From NCBI RefSeq assembly GCF_009914755.1, contig NC_060929.1: a DNA stretch of 64,000 bases. One strand, written 5' to 3'. The notes below the pieces were generated by a model that ran no database searches, had not been told where the DNA came from, and was given only the letters and a program-made list of their open reading frames with translations. Source of the DNA: the human T2T-CHM13v2.0 reference genome, Homo sapiens. Positions 12,431 to 24,867 of this stretch are shown piece after piece (positions within the stretch are counted from its first letter, which is position 1; every line of letters starts with the position of its first letter). The translations under genes were made by a program, and so were the position numbers.

Positions 12431-13729
12431 TATTTATAGAAATTATTGAAACTGAGGTGGTGAGCTTTTGTGATAAGCTTTGAATTAGATATATGAAATA
12501 TGTTAATCAATGCATAGATTATGTGTTTCTTTTGTCAAATAATCAAATATCCTAAGCATTAAAAGATAGGGTGCAGTATTTCTTAGGTGGATTCTAAAGC
12601 AAATTATTGAATGAGAAGATACATTAATGTTCACTGATCAACAAGACATTTGTTTACACAGCTTCTTTATTTCTCTAAATTGCCTTTTATTGAGCGGTTT
12701 ATTAAGTCTCTGTGGAAATAACCACAAGGGTTGGCAACAAACTTATTCTTTGTTCTGCCCTCTCTTGGATGTTAACAGTGGGTCCCTGTGAGTTAGACAG
12801 TGATAGAAGGCTTATTAACATCACTTTCTGAGAAAAAGGGAATGTGGAAACAAGAAGGTGAAATGAAAAAAATTAGTAAAATTAGATCCCATAAGCTTAC
12901 TTAAGAATCATAAATTATGATATATGTTATTAAAAATAGTCATTATTGATCTTCCTTAGCTATTCTAATGCTGCCAGAAGTAATGATGTCCTCTGCAATT
13001 ATAAATGAAGGGAAGGGAAGGAAAGCAAATAGTAGCAATGGCACAGCTATTTTATAATTTTCTTCTAATCATTGACATTATTTTCTTCAGGGGCCATTAT
13101 AGAGTACTGATGAGTCATTGATGTAGACATGCCCACATCCTGATTCAATGATTTATTAGCTTATATGGACTTGGTCAAGTTATTGAACTTGTCTAAGTCT
13201 TGATTTCCTTATTTGTAACATAGAGATGATAATATTCAAGCTTAAAGTGTAAATTTTTGATAAATAAATTAGAAAATATAAGGAAAGCACAAATACATAA
13301 AAGATATTTGATAAACTCTGCCTGGAGTTTAGGTCCTCTACTGTTAATGTTTGTCAGAAAACAGCAATGTAAAAATAAACGGTACGAAAAGCATGAAGTA
13401 AGAAAGAATAATTTAGATATAATATTAATAAGACTTTTAAAATAGAAATAATAATTCTATGTAATGATGGTTTCAATTTTATTCATAATAAACATAAAAA
13501 GCATTGTAACAGGCTAAGCATTGAAGGTCACTATGTTTAAGTGTTATACAAATAGAACGTATCATGTGACATATTTAGCCTCCAGTATTTTGGTGTTCCC
13601 TTAGCACTTGTATAATTTAGAGAAACTCTCTTGTCTCCACAAAAGTTAGTGTCCTAGCAGTCTAGAATACCTCATTAAGCAAAACATGATTGAACTCAGT
13701 TTACAAAGTAAGAAAATTGGCTAACCAGA

Positions 13730-15012
13730 TGTGCCAATTATCAGTTTATTGCCTCAGCTCCAAATTCATATTTTAGTGCCTGCTTTGTGATAATATAGAC
13801 TTTAAATAGGTTTTCTTTGTTATCTGGCTCAATGTTAGGCTTTACCAGTGGAGGACTTGGAGGGAGTTTAGAGGAAGAAAGTGTCATTTTCTTCCTGGTC
13901 CCAGTTTGTTCCGCCTGCCAGGATCCTGCAGCATGGTTTCTCTAGTACTGGGCTTCTCAATGCCCAGCTCCTGCAGTGCCCAGTTCCTGCAGTACACGGT
14001 GCCCAGAAGCACTCACTGACCAACAGCTGCCCCATGGAGCCCCTTAGATGGTTTTTTCAGCAAGGCACCCATGAAGGGGCACATCTCTGTGCACAGTTTT
14101 CCCTGAACCCTCTTGTGCAACATTGCAGCAAATTCTGAGACATTACCTCTCCCTCTGGATGGTTTTCTTCAGAGAGCAGACTGCCATCAGGTTCCAATGG
14201 CACAGCATCTCAGCCCCTTTTCTGACATCCAGTGAGCCATTGTTTTGCCCTCCCCAGTGAAGTATGAATCTCAGCTCTTTGGGAAGTTCTTACTTGGATG
14301 CTGTACTTAAGCCCTAAGGGTGAGTATTGCTCCTTATTTCTGCTATTCTTATATTCCTTGTAGTTCTCCTTACTTCATGGTAGCCTGCTGAGACCAGCTC
14401 GGTCAGGGAGACCCTAACGCATCAGCGCTAGAGGAATTAAAGACACACACACACAGAAATATAGAGGTGTGGAGTGGGAAATCAGGGTTCTCACAGCTTT
14501 CAGAGCTGAGAGCCTCAAACACAGATTTACCCAAGTATTTATTAACAGTAAGCCAGTAATAAGCATTGTTTCCATAGATTATAGATTAACTAAAAGTATT
14601 CCTTATGGGAAATAAAGGGATGGGCCGAAATAAAGGGAGGGGTTTGGCTAGTTTTCTGCAGCAGGAGCATGTCCTTAAGGCACAGATCACTCATGCTATT
14701 GCTTATGGCTTAAGAACGCCTTTAAGCGATTTTCTGCCCTGGGTGGGCCAGGTGTTCCTTGTGGTCATTCCAGTAAACCCACAACCTTTCAGCGTGGGCA
14801 TCATGGCCATCATGAACATGTCGCAGTGCTGCAGAGATTTTGTTTATGGCCAGTTTTGGGGCCAGTTTAAGGCCAGATTTTGGGGGGCCTGTTCCCAACA
14901 GTAGCCAATATCCCATTTCTTCAATCCTCTGTTACAGTTAATAATTACATATTAAACTTTATCTGTTCAACTTAGTGTGGTTTCTGTCTCCTGTTTGTTT
15001 CTAACAGAAACA
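13730..15012 (+). mobile_element. ERVL solo LTR (LTR41-like), split by a MER9 insertion
   Basis: Starts TGTGCCAATTATCAGTTTATTGCCTCAGCTCCAAATTC, ends ...AGAAACA. Perfect 5-bp TSD CCAGA at 13725-13729 and 15013-15017. Confidence 0.75.
14386..14900 (-). mobile_element. MER9a solo LTR (HERV-K HML-3 / HERVK9)
   Basis: Minus strand begins TGTTGGGAACAGGCCCCCCAAAATCTGGCC and ends ...GGTCTCAGCA. Perfect 6-bp TSD GTAGCC (14380-85, 14901-06), the betaretroviral TSD length. Confidence 0.92.
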
Positions 15013-15544
15013 CCAGAGTCTATCTGGTGCTATATGAGACAATGAGAGAGCAAACATGTTCTGTTTAAATGTCACTTTTAAATTTGTTAACACAGGGTTC
15101 ATTCTGTTATATCTCTTGAAGTGCAATGTTTTGAAAAATGGTAAAATTTATTTAAAGAAGGACTATTGATCATGTAATCATTCTACCTGAGAAGAGGTCT
15201 ACAGAAAAATGCAATGAAGAGAAGTTGTAGAAAAAATAGACTATTTGAGCAGAGTATACGAAACCATTATTTTTTAAAGTTACTTAAAAATGTGAGAATG
15301 TTTCTGAAGTCCAGGACTTGTATTTCTTTTTATATTTTCAGCATTGTAAGAAAAAATATTTCAAATGAATTTTTATATACTAATAATTTAAATTCTATTT
15401 CATGCTATTTTGATTTAAATTAAGTTCACTGAACAACTAACCTACTGAATTGTAGAAGGATCTATCAAAAGAAAGATGGATGATATATATTATTTTGTAA
15501 CACATGGTGAATATTTCAGCATTTCTTTAGGTTATATACCGAGT

Positions 15545-16500
15545 TTTAGTGGTCTGAACAGTATCCCTCCAAATCCTTGCATACCCTGAATCTCAGAATG
15601 TGACCTGGTAAGGAAATATGGTAGTTTCCCCTTACCCATGGGAGATATATTCCAAGACGCCCAGTGGATGCCTGAAAGCAGGAATAGTACTAAACACTGT
15701 ACATACTACACACAAATTTATTTTTCCTTCTTTATAATTTCATGGATAGGAGATGCATTCTTGCCATAGATCTTAGCATCCTCATCATACAACTTATTTT
15801 TCTTAAGAATTTTCACCTTTTTGCTTAAAGGAAGCACTTTATGGCTTCTCGTTGGCATATATGAATCATCAGCATCCCTACCCTTGTGCTTTGGGGCCAT
15901 TTTTAAATAAAACAAGAAATAACTTGAACATAAGCACTGCGATACCAAGAAAGTCGATCTGATGACCGATCAGATGGGGACAGAGTGAGATTCCTTATGC
16001 TACTCAGAGTGGCAGGAAATTCAAAACATATGAATTATTTATTTCTGGAATTTTCCATGTAATATTTCCAGACCACAGTTGACTGTGGGTAACTGAAACC
16101 TCAGAAAGTGAAATGGTGAATAAGAGAGGACTGTAGGATTTTTACAGATGTAATTAGTTAAGATGAAGTCATACTGCATTAGGGTGGTCCCTACATCCAA
16201 TGACTGGTGCCCTTGTAAGAAAAGGAGAGGACACAGAGTTAAACACCAAGGGGATGATGTAATGATGGCAGCAGAGATTGGAGTAATGCCTTGACAAGCC
16301 AAGGGATGCTGAGAATTGCCAACAACCACCAAAAGCTGGAGGAGAAGCATGGGATGTTTTTTTTTTTCCTTTGAGCCTCCAGAAATAACCAATACCGTTG
16401 ACACTTTGATTTCAGACTTTTGGTCTTCGGGACAGTGAGAGAATACGTTTTTGTTCTTTAAACCATCCAATTTGTTATGGAAGCCTTGGGGAACTAATGT
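15545..16500 (+). mobile_element. MLT1C-like MaLR LTR, split by a MER44 insertion
   Basis: ctcagaatgtgacc...ggaaata|ggatttttacagatgtaattagttaagatga...gcagagattggagtaatg...ggaactaat matches MLT1B/C. Confidence 0.75.
15619..16133 (-). mobile_element. MER44 (Tigger7-derived, TcMar) DNA transposon
   Basis: Degenerate TIRs (gtagtttccccttac / taagagaggactg), flanking TA dinucleotides, antisense body ggtttcagttacccacagtcaactgtggtctggaaatattacatggaaaattccagaaataaa. Confidence 0.8.
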
Positions 16501-16808
16501 GCAATTACCATACGAAGTACTGGGGATTCACAGGTAAATAAGACAAACATTCTTGTGCTCATAGGGCTGCTGATCATATTTTGATATTTTCAGTATTAGT
16601 TTAAAAACTTATTTTTATTATGTGCTTTTGATTAAGAAGGTCTTTTTCTTATAACTCCATAAGAAATTGTAACTGCTGAAATAGTGACCAGAATTTGGGA
16701 ATGTGGCCTTGTGGAAGGCCTTATTAGATGGAGGCATCTGAATTAGATTTAAAAAATATCTTTTAAGAGAAAACCCTGCAGAAAATCCTATGGAGCATCT
16801 AAATATTA

Positions 16809-16840
<32 letters not shown>
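16809..16840. repeat. (AC)n microsatellite
   Basis: About 13 perfect AC units, then degenerate units. Confidence 0.9.
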
Positions 16841-16841
<1 letters not shown>

Positions 16842-17002
16842 CACACCCCACACTATATTTCATCCACTTTCCTAATTCAGCATACCTTATCTCAGGTATC
16901 AGGTAGATGTGGTTCTGCCAACTATTTTAATAGTGACCCTGATATGGTTTGGCTGTGAATGAGTTACAATTCTCTCGTAACTCATCAGGTCAATAGTGAC
17001 CC

Positions 17003-17359
17003 TGACATGGTTTGGCTGTGAATGAGTTACAAATTCATCTTGCACTGTAACATCCACAATTCCCAGGTGTTGTGGGAGGAACCCGGTGGAGGTAATTTAA
17101 TCATGGGGGCAGGTCTTTCCCATACTGTTCTCATGATAGTGAATAAGTCCCATGAGACCTGATGGTTTTAAAAATGGGAGTCTCCCTGCACAAGCTCTCT
17201 TCTCTTGTCTGCTGCCAGGTGAGACATGCCTTTCACCTTCCGCCATGATCGTGAGGCCTCCCCAGCCACGTGGAACTGAGTCCGTTAAACCTCTTTTTCT
17301 GTATAGATTACCCAATCTGAGGTATGTCTTTATCAGCAGTGTGAAAACGGACTAATACA
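17003..17359 (+). mobile_element. THE1 (THE1A/B) MaLR solo LTR with duplicated 5' end (extra copy from 16940)
   Basis: TGACATGGTTTGGCTGTG...GTGAAAACGGACTAATACA. 5-bp TSD GACCC at 16998-17002 and 17360-17364. Confidence 0.92.
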
Positions 17360-18114
17360 GACCCCAAGAACTGAACTGATGACGGGATCTCCTGCAACTT
17401 GTATTCATTGGGGAGGAAATAATTTGGTGCTACCAAGGCTGTAATTTTCCCCCACTGTTGAACCATTAATTTGACCATATTGGCACCTTCTTCTGAAAGT
17501 TGTCTCAGAAGAATTGCCTGTTACTTCCTCCACAGTGAGAATTCTAGCCTGCATCTTATTCAGACTAAACAGCCCACCTAATACCTTCTCACATATTATA
17601 CATGATCGAAACTTTCTTTTCCCCTCTTTTTATATAAACCATTGAGTTTCTTTTTATATTCTCTGTGGTGCTTTAGTATAATGTGAATTTTGAATGAAGA
17701 CCTACTTCATTATATGAATGACTGTGGGGATATAGGTTTTTAAACTTTTCAATTCTGACCTCTTAATTAAAAATTTCTTTCTGGAATGTGAATAATCATT
17801 TAAAAGCACACTGTTTTCCAGATGATAAGTTAACATTGAAAAAATATTAACTAAAAAGTGACTCTGAGGAAAATATATATGGATGTTTTCTCTAATATTT
17901 TTGCAACTTCTCTGTAAGTTTGACATAATTTAAAATTAAAAAGCAAAAGAAAAAAATCAAAAAATAAGAGTTAAAATTTGATTTAATGTTAGTTTTTACT
18001 TTTTAATCTCCTCTGGGATTCAGAACTGAAGTCAAACAATCAAGGCCACCCTAAAGAGTAAATAAATGCAATGCCCACCTATATGGCCTGGTTTCAGAGG
18101 TATTGGGAAACTTA

Positions 18115-18600
18115 TGTAGATGACATCTGCTATTTGTGCCTGACTAGAGCACCTTCTAACATCTTGCAGTAGCAGAACTTAGGTTTTTCTTGTAAGCCCC
18201 CTCTTCCTCATTTGCAGTTCACTCATAGGGATGGGGCTGGCAAAGTCTCAGCCAATCAGTCCATTCTATTCTCATACCCAGTGCTTGTTTGGGCAATTGC
18301 CTTCAGGCCCACATCAGATCAGTGAAACTCATTATGTTTCTAGGTTGAAACTATTAGGAAAACGTATCTTTGGTCATCTTGACTCAGTATGGAAAGATCC
18401 TCCTTAAGGATAGTCAGTGCAGACAGAGGAAAATAAAACAGATGGAGAAAACTCAAGCCCGGATGATACTGTTTGAGACCCCAGATCCAGTTATCCCCAA
18501 AGCTGCTGCTTTTTCAGTTCCAATTAGTTTGAAAAGTGTCTCCCTACCTCATGTTTTTGGTTAAATTGATTTTAGTTGGGTTTCTGTCATTTGCAAACTG
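18115..18600 (+). mobile_element. Old MaLR LTR (MLT1J/K-like)
   Basis: 3' end ...tttagttgggtttctgtcatttgcaa and internal agccaatcag motif. Heavily decayed. Confidence 0.45.
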
Positions 18601-18619
18601 ATCAGGTTAAAATTAGATT

Positions 18620-19180
18620 GGAACTGAGAATGTATAATCTGCGTGGCCATTTATCAGGTTGGAATAATAGAAAGATATAGATAAAGCCAACTCTGCAAGG
18701 AAGGAGACATTCACACGAGGACACATTGCAGCTCTAAGGTGTCAATACAACCCCCTTCTTGAATGAGTATGGCTGTTTTAAATTCTATCAGTAAAAATAA
18801 AACATTCCACTTGTGCATGTGGGACTTAAGTCACTTTGACACAGAGAAGCAGCCTCAATTCACAGCCCAGGAGCAGAGCTTTAGATAATGAGCTTCTGCA
18901 CACAACATTCCATAGCTACATCACTTTGTAGGGTGAAAAGAAGCAGGACTCTGAGTCCGCTTTGCAGTCTAGACTCCACTAGACTTTACAAAGCCCTACT
19001 TTGCTTTGAGTCTATCAAAATACTGTTTTGTTTAAATTTCATCTAAACTCCACTCTTACACAGAACTCTGTAACAACCTATATTTTTCTTTGGTGAGATG
19101 AACTTTGCAGTGGGTAAATAAACCTGATTTTGTTAGACTTCAAGTAGTTACTGGTGGTTTTGGTTTGACTAGGACTGGAA
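18620..19180 (+). mobile_element. Ancient LTR relic (MER110/MER90-like)
   Basis: LTR-like 3' end with aataaacctgattttgttagact...ggtggttttgg. Family call tentative. Confidence 0.35.
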
Positions 19181-19334
19181 ACAAAGGGGTTTTTAATTAT
19201 TATAGCTCTCTCTCCCACAATAATTGTTGCATTCAAACTGTTTTTATAATTAGAGATCTGGTCATTTATTCATCTGCAAAGCAAATCTCATGAACATTTG
19301 AGACTATGAAGCAGGTTTTTTGAAGCTGGACTCC

Positions 19335-19503
19335 ATAGCCTAGCTACTGACAGTGGGATGCCTATGACAGTAGCATCAATATCATTGGGAGCTTGTTAGA
19401 AAGGCAGAATCTGGGACCAGTCTCTGACATGCTGAATCAGAATCTGATCTTTTATGAAGATCACTATGTAGTTGTTTGCACAATAAAGTTTGAGAAGTGC
19501 TAG
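19335..19503. mobile_element. MER5A hAT-Charlie MITE
   Basis: gggagcttgttagaaaggcagaatct...tgctgaatcagaatct...taaagtttgagaag motifs. Confidence 0.75.
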
Positions 19504-20186
19504 GAGTTTCCATAGAGCCTCTCAGGAAAGCTAGGGAAAGGGGACACAAAGCCACTGGCCTTTCCCTATGACAGCCATCCTGTAATATATTGCTTTGTGA
19601 TTTCATTTTTCTGTAAACACTCTTGTATAGTAAAAAAAAAAAATTGAAAAACTGCTATTTTAAGCCACATTAAATACTTCATTGTAAATAAACTCATCAT
19701 TTTGTGTGTTTGTGTGAGGGAGAGAATAAGTTTTGTTTGGGGTGGACAGGGGAAGGAAGAATTCTACTAAGGAAAAACTTGGAACCCAAACACAAAGCTC
19801 CCTACTCAATTTTATCGTTTGCCTGTCTGTGTGGAGATGGCTGCTAGCAGGAGCTGCTGGTTCTTTTAGACCACACACATGTGGGGTTCTAGAATGATTC
19901 TAAATAACAGAGCTGGGAGGGTGGGTCTCTCAGAGCCCTATTTTTATAAAAATTAAGAAATGAACTAGGATAATGTCTTGAGAGAATGAGAAGCCAGGAA
20001 GATAAATTTGACCAAGAAGAAAGCTCTGGTCCTCAAAGGGGAGTGACAATTTTGAGAATAGTACAGTGGTTGTCACTGGAATTCATTTCTGTCTCCAGGC
20101 CATAGATGAGAGAGAGGGAGAGGGGGAGGGGAATAGGTAGTGGAAAAGAGGGAGGGAGAGAGAGAGAACCAGATCTAAAAATGATA

Positions 20187-20495
20187 TGCCTGCAATCCCA
20201 GCACTTGGGAAAGGTGAGGCAGGAGGATCACTTGGGACCAGGAGTTCAAGACCAGCCTGGGCAACATAGTGAGACCCTGTCCCTACCAAAAAGTTTTAAA
20301 AATTAGCTGGGAATGGTGGCGCATGCCTATGGTCCCAGCTACTAGGTTGGCTGAGGTGGGAAGATCACTTGAGCCCAGGAGCTTGAGGCTACAGTAAGCC
20401 ATGGTTGCACCACTGCACTGCACTGCACTCCAGCTTAAGGAACAGATGGAGACTCTTGTCTCAAAAAAAAAAAAAAAAAAAAAGAAAGAAAGAAA
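20187..20495 (+). mobile_element. AluJ SINE, slightly 5'-eroded
   Basis: ggaggatcacttg...cctgggcaacatagtgagaccctgtc diagnostics, internal (CACTG)3 slippage at 20411-20425, long A/GAAA tail. Confidence 0.92.
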
Positions 20496-23084
20496 CTTCC
20501 ACTCCTCTGATCTTGGGTAATTTTTAAAATGTAAGAGCCCTATATCTGAGCCCCTGTGTTAGAATATAACATAAAGGGAGGAGAAGCATTTCCTCACCTA
20601 GCTTTAGTTGGCCACAGGCCAGTCACCCCTTTAGTCCCAGAAGACTCCACCTTTGTAGGATGCCCAGCTGTGGATAAGCAGTGCTAAGTGGGCAGATCAC
20701 TGGGTCTGGCAGAGACCAGAGACTGCAGTGGGCATCAAGATGAGAAAGAAGCACAGGCAGTAGCCAGAAGTAGTGGAGTTTAATATGAATCAAACAGGAA
20801 ATAATGGCAAAAACGGAAATTATTTTTGCAACTACCTAGTATCTTCTGGGCACTCAGAAAAGCATGGGGTAAGAGGTAGTCTTCCAAAAGGGTATGTGAG
20901 CAGCGGTCTTCTGTGGGAGCAAGAATCTGTGGAATTTTAGTTAACAGTTTATGCAACCCCATATCTATCTATGAGCGAATAAAAAATTTAATAGGGATTT
21001 TGGGAAAATTTAACAGGACATTTTGTTGAAGCTCAAAATGTAACCTCCTTCCCAACTCTTTTTCACTCTTTTTAGAATAGACAAGCCAAATTCCCATGGT
21101 TGAATATTCTTCAACAAGATTGAGAGTTGACTTTAGAGCCTAAGAGACAGGGTCTTTTACTCTTATAGAGAACACCATGCAGTGTATTTTCCCCTAAATT
21201 CTCCTGACTTTCTCAGTATTTCTCCAAGGAATACAACAGGTAGGGATACTGCCTTATGGTTTTTTGAGCCCTCATTACCACCTATCAATATTTAGCATGT
21301 ATGTGGCCCTTATCAAGCAACTGTCCACAGTTTGATTGGGTCACAATCAGCTGCACTTTGATTTCATTGTTTCCAAACATGTTTTAATACCTGCTACGCG
21401 CTAGGAATACAAGAATATTTTACCTTCAATGCTTAAATCAAAGGCTAATATTCTTATAGTCCTAAGAGAAAAGGATTATTGGTTCTAAATTAAAATGTTC
21501 TGCCTTATCCCCATACAATGTAGAAACCAGTCTACAGGCACATTTTTTTTTTCTAAAGTGAAAGAACACAATTTAATAACAACTGGGTAGTTGTGTTGAG
21601 GCAAAAGATTTTCTCTTGTTTCTCAGTAAAACCCCAGGAGGTCAAGCTTACATATTCCTGTGAAGAAGTAAGTGCGAATAGAGTATAAGGGTTCTGCCAA
21701 GAGGTGCTTCGGGAGCTGCCAGCATTGGTGTTCTCAAACACCTTCCTCTCCCTGTCACTGTGGCACTAAGGCCCACTTGTTAGAGTTTAATGTGGTTCAC
21801 CTTTGCTTCACAGATCCAGATGTTTCCAGGAATAGTTCTATCCACAGGACTGAAGAGTGAGTATGGTATCAATGCCCATCACATTTAGATTTACTTCTTG
21901 CTACTTAATTCCAGTGCAGCCATTATTATGGCTTATCGCTAAGAACATACATTGAACCACATGTCGAGAGCCAATGATGAAACCTCTTATTGTCCTACAG
22001 TATTTTTTTCCACCTGAAAAGAATTATCTCCTTCAATTCCAGATGATGTTTTTACCCCTTTGATGTAGGAAGCACCATTATTTTTACTTTATATGGAGGA
22101 GATACCTCTTTTATTTATGGGGTCAGCTTACCTGAGATGCAGAAGTCTACTAGTTAACATCTCAGTGGTGCTATCAGCCTCTCCTGTGGAGCAAAGGCAG
22201 TTTCTTCTGAAGTCTGGAGGTGAGGGGAGAAAGGAAAAGGGATAGAGCTCTGCTTTTTCTGTTTTAACGCTACAGATAGGAAGTGGCCACCAGCTTGCAC
22301 ACAGTGCCCTGTACGTAGTGGCAAAGTTTGTGTCAGGGAGAGAACAAGAGTCTACTCTTCATTGCCTGTGGTCATGACCAACCTATTTCCAATTATACTT
22401 ATTTTAGAAGTTGTCCCTTTCTTCTCAGGCTTTCAGGAATAACTGTGCTCAAACCATTTTATTATCTGGGGATATTACTTTGAAAATGTCATTGAGAATG
22501 AATGCTTTGCTTGGAGACAAAATAGTGCCACTTGTTAGCTCAAGTGAGAGACTACCAAAGGTGTACTTTGTCCATTTTCCTAGGAAACTTTTTAGAAATG
22601 TTTTATAGTGCTTAGCGGGGAAGCTGCCACAAAGTAGGCAAATGTTTGCTGAATGACAAAATAAATGAATAAGAGCTCTGATGAAGCTATAGCAATATTA
22701 TGTTAAAGACACACAGATATAGTTATGTGGATTATTATTTGCAGACATACACTACTTCTTGAATGCAGCAATCATTACAGCTTTATAAATAGAAATCCTC
22801 TAGTGTCATGAATCTTTGGGGGGATTTAGTAGAGTCTTTGGGAGGATTTATGTCCATGCTCAGCCCCAAAGATAATCTTGGACCATATTTATTTGCTTGA
22901 CTATTTTTATAATAATATTACAATGCTTAAATTTTGTTTTAAGCATGATTTAAACCCAGCAGGTAGGGTTTACTTGGTGAAATACAAAGGCAATTCCACT
23001 TCTGAAATAATGTCTCATGTATTAGGTACCATGCAGGCTCAATAAAAGTAGATAGATTTCCTTCACCCGAAGCTTTTAACAAAA

Positions 23085-23116
<32 letters not shown>

Positions 23117-23440
23117 TTGTGTTTTATATTAATATGCTATGTTACTATAATACTGCTACATTGATATGGGCCTTCTTCATAATATCAGAAGTGAAGTGTA
23201 TTGGACATCAGATACCTAACTTTTATATAATTGAAGGACTCACAGCACTGACTTTATTGGTAGATAGTATACATATATATTTTTATGGTGGAAACCCTAA
23301 TATGATGATTCATATTGTTAAAAAAGAATTACATTTTTTGATGCTCTGAGTCATGCCCTATTTAAGAGATCCATTTTTGAGCTTATAATGAAGCACTGAT
23401 AAATATTAAAATAAAAAATAAAGATAATTGGTACCAGGAC

Positions 23441-23446
23441 TTTATT
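23441..23446 (-). terminator. PLCXD3: Distal polyadenylation signal AATAAA (others at 23474-79 and 23561-66)
   Basis: TTTATT on + strand; ~20 nt downstream on the minus strand lies the U-rich tract ctttattttttattttaat. Confidence 0.7.
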
Positions 23447-24689
23447 AGGCATTTCACTGAATACAAATAAACTTTTATTTTTTACATTAAGAACACAATC
23501 TTATTTAAAAAATTCACATTTTCTATACAGACTGTAGCCATGGATTTTCTTTACACCACATTTATTAAAGTATCAATAACCAGATCCTAAAAAGAGAAGG
23601 CACAGATCTGTCTCTCTCTGGTGAATTTCTGGTGTCTAATGAAGGAAATGTCACCAGCTCTGCAAATTCCCATCCTCCAGAAATGAAGCAAATCAACACA
23701 AATGTGTGTAAGCAGGAGTCATGAGATGGACATGTTATATTAAAGGATTTGGATTTTCCTCTGCCACTTATAGGAATTTCAGGAGAGGAGGTAGCTACTG
23801 AAAATGTTTCAAAATTCCATCTGCATTCAGTCTCTGTCAAGGATTCACTGTTGGAAACAGTAGTATTTGAAAGCTAGAATTTAGGAATTCCAACATGGTT
23901 CTATTTTCTGCATTGTTTTAGAAACCAGCCTTTGATCTCACTGTTCTTATTTTAGGGCTTCTTGGGTTTTCAATTCCAAAAAAAAATAGTACTGGTCGTT
24001 ATAATTTGCTTTGACGAGTCTCTCTGCCAGGTGATAGCTGCATGTCAGGGTCAGATTCTATCCCCTACTTGCGCCTGCCTCCCCTGTCCCCCAACAATGT
24101 TCTGAGAAGGTGTCACCAGGGCAGTGTCTATACCTCAGACTCTTTTATTCTTCCAGCAGTGAAGACAGTTCCTATGTCACCTTTCTACAATTCCGTAGAT
24201 GACCAGTTTTAACCTGATAAAAATAATTTGTGGTAAGATGTGAATGGGGGAAATAATGAATTCGTTTGTTATCTCTCTGAAAGAAAAAAGAAATTGAATT
24301 TAAAAGAGGTCCTGGTACTGAGTTAGGCGGTGTTGCCACTTTTCAGGAGCATTTCTAATATGTCGGTGTGTTTTTGGTTGTCCCAGTTACTGGGAAATGC
24401 TATATAAGGGATTAATGGGGAAACTTGGACCTCACAACAGGCTGGCAAAGGGAAGTGTTGAACATGGTGGCATTGATCCTATGAAGATATTTACTTGATT
24501 ATCCCATCTGTATTTGAGTTCGTCCTTCAAAAAGCATTTGCAGGACCTAGAGCTGACCAATGTTTTCTTTCTTGAAGGACATTATGACTGCAGATATTCA
24601 TAAGGTGTCTGAACACAAGGGTATGGAGGGAGGTAGATCTCGCCCCTTATAGATAGCCCAGCTGAAAAAGATAGAAAGGCAGTGTGGAT

Positions 24690-24867
24690 AGAATTGTGAG
24701 ATTTAGGAAAAAATATATAGGACATACCCAGTTACATTTGAATTTCAGATAAACTTTTTTTAAAGTGAAAGTATGTCTGATTAAATATATGAGAAATATG
24801 CTAAAGAAATACTGTTTATCTGAAATTTAAATTTCACTGGATATCCTGTATTTTACCTGGCAACTCT
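24690..24867. mobile_element. MER53 palindromic hAT MITE inside the 3'UTR
   Basis: ccagttacatttgaatttcagataaac ... gtttatctgaaatttaaatttcactgg ... tcctgtattttacctggcaactct. Confidence 0.85.

Noticed and set aside
16929-17032. Repeat-spacer-repeat resembling a CRISPR unit
   Set aside because: Only two copies, derived from an LTR junction, eukaryotic context, no cas genes.
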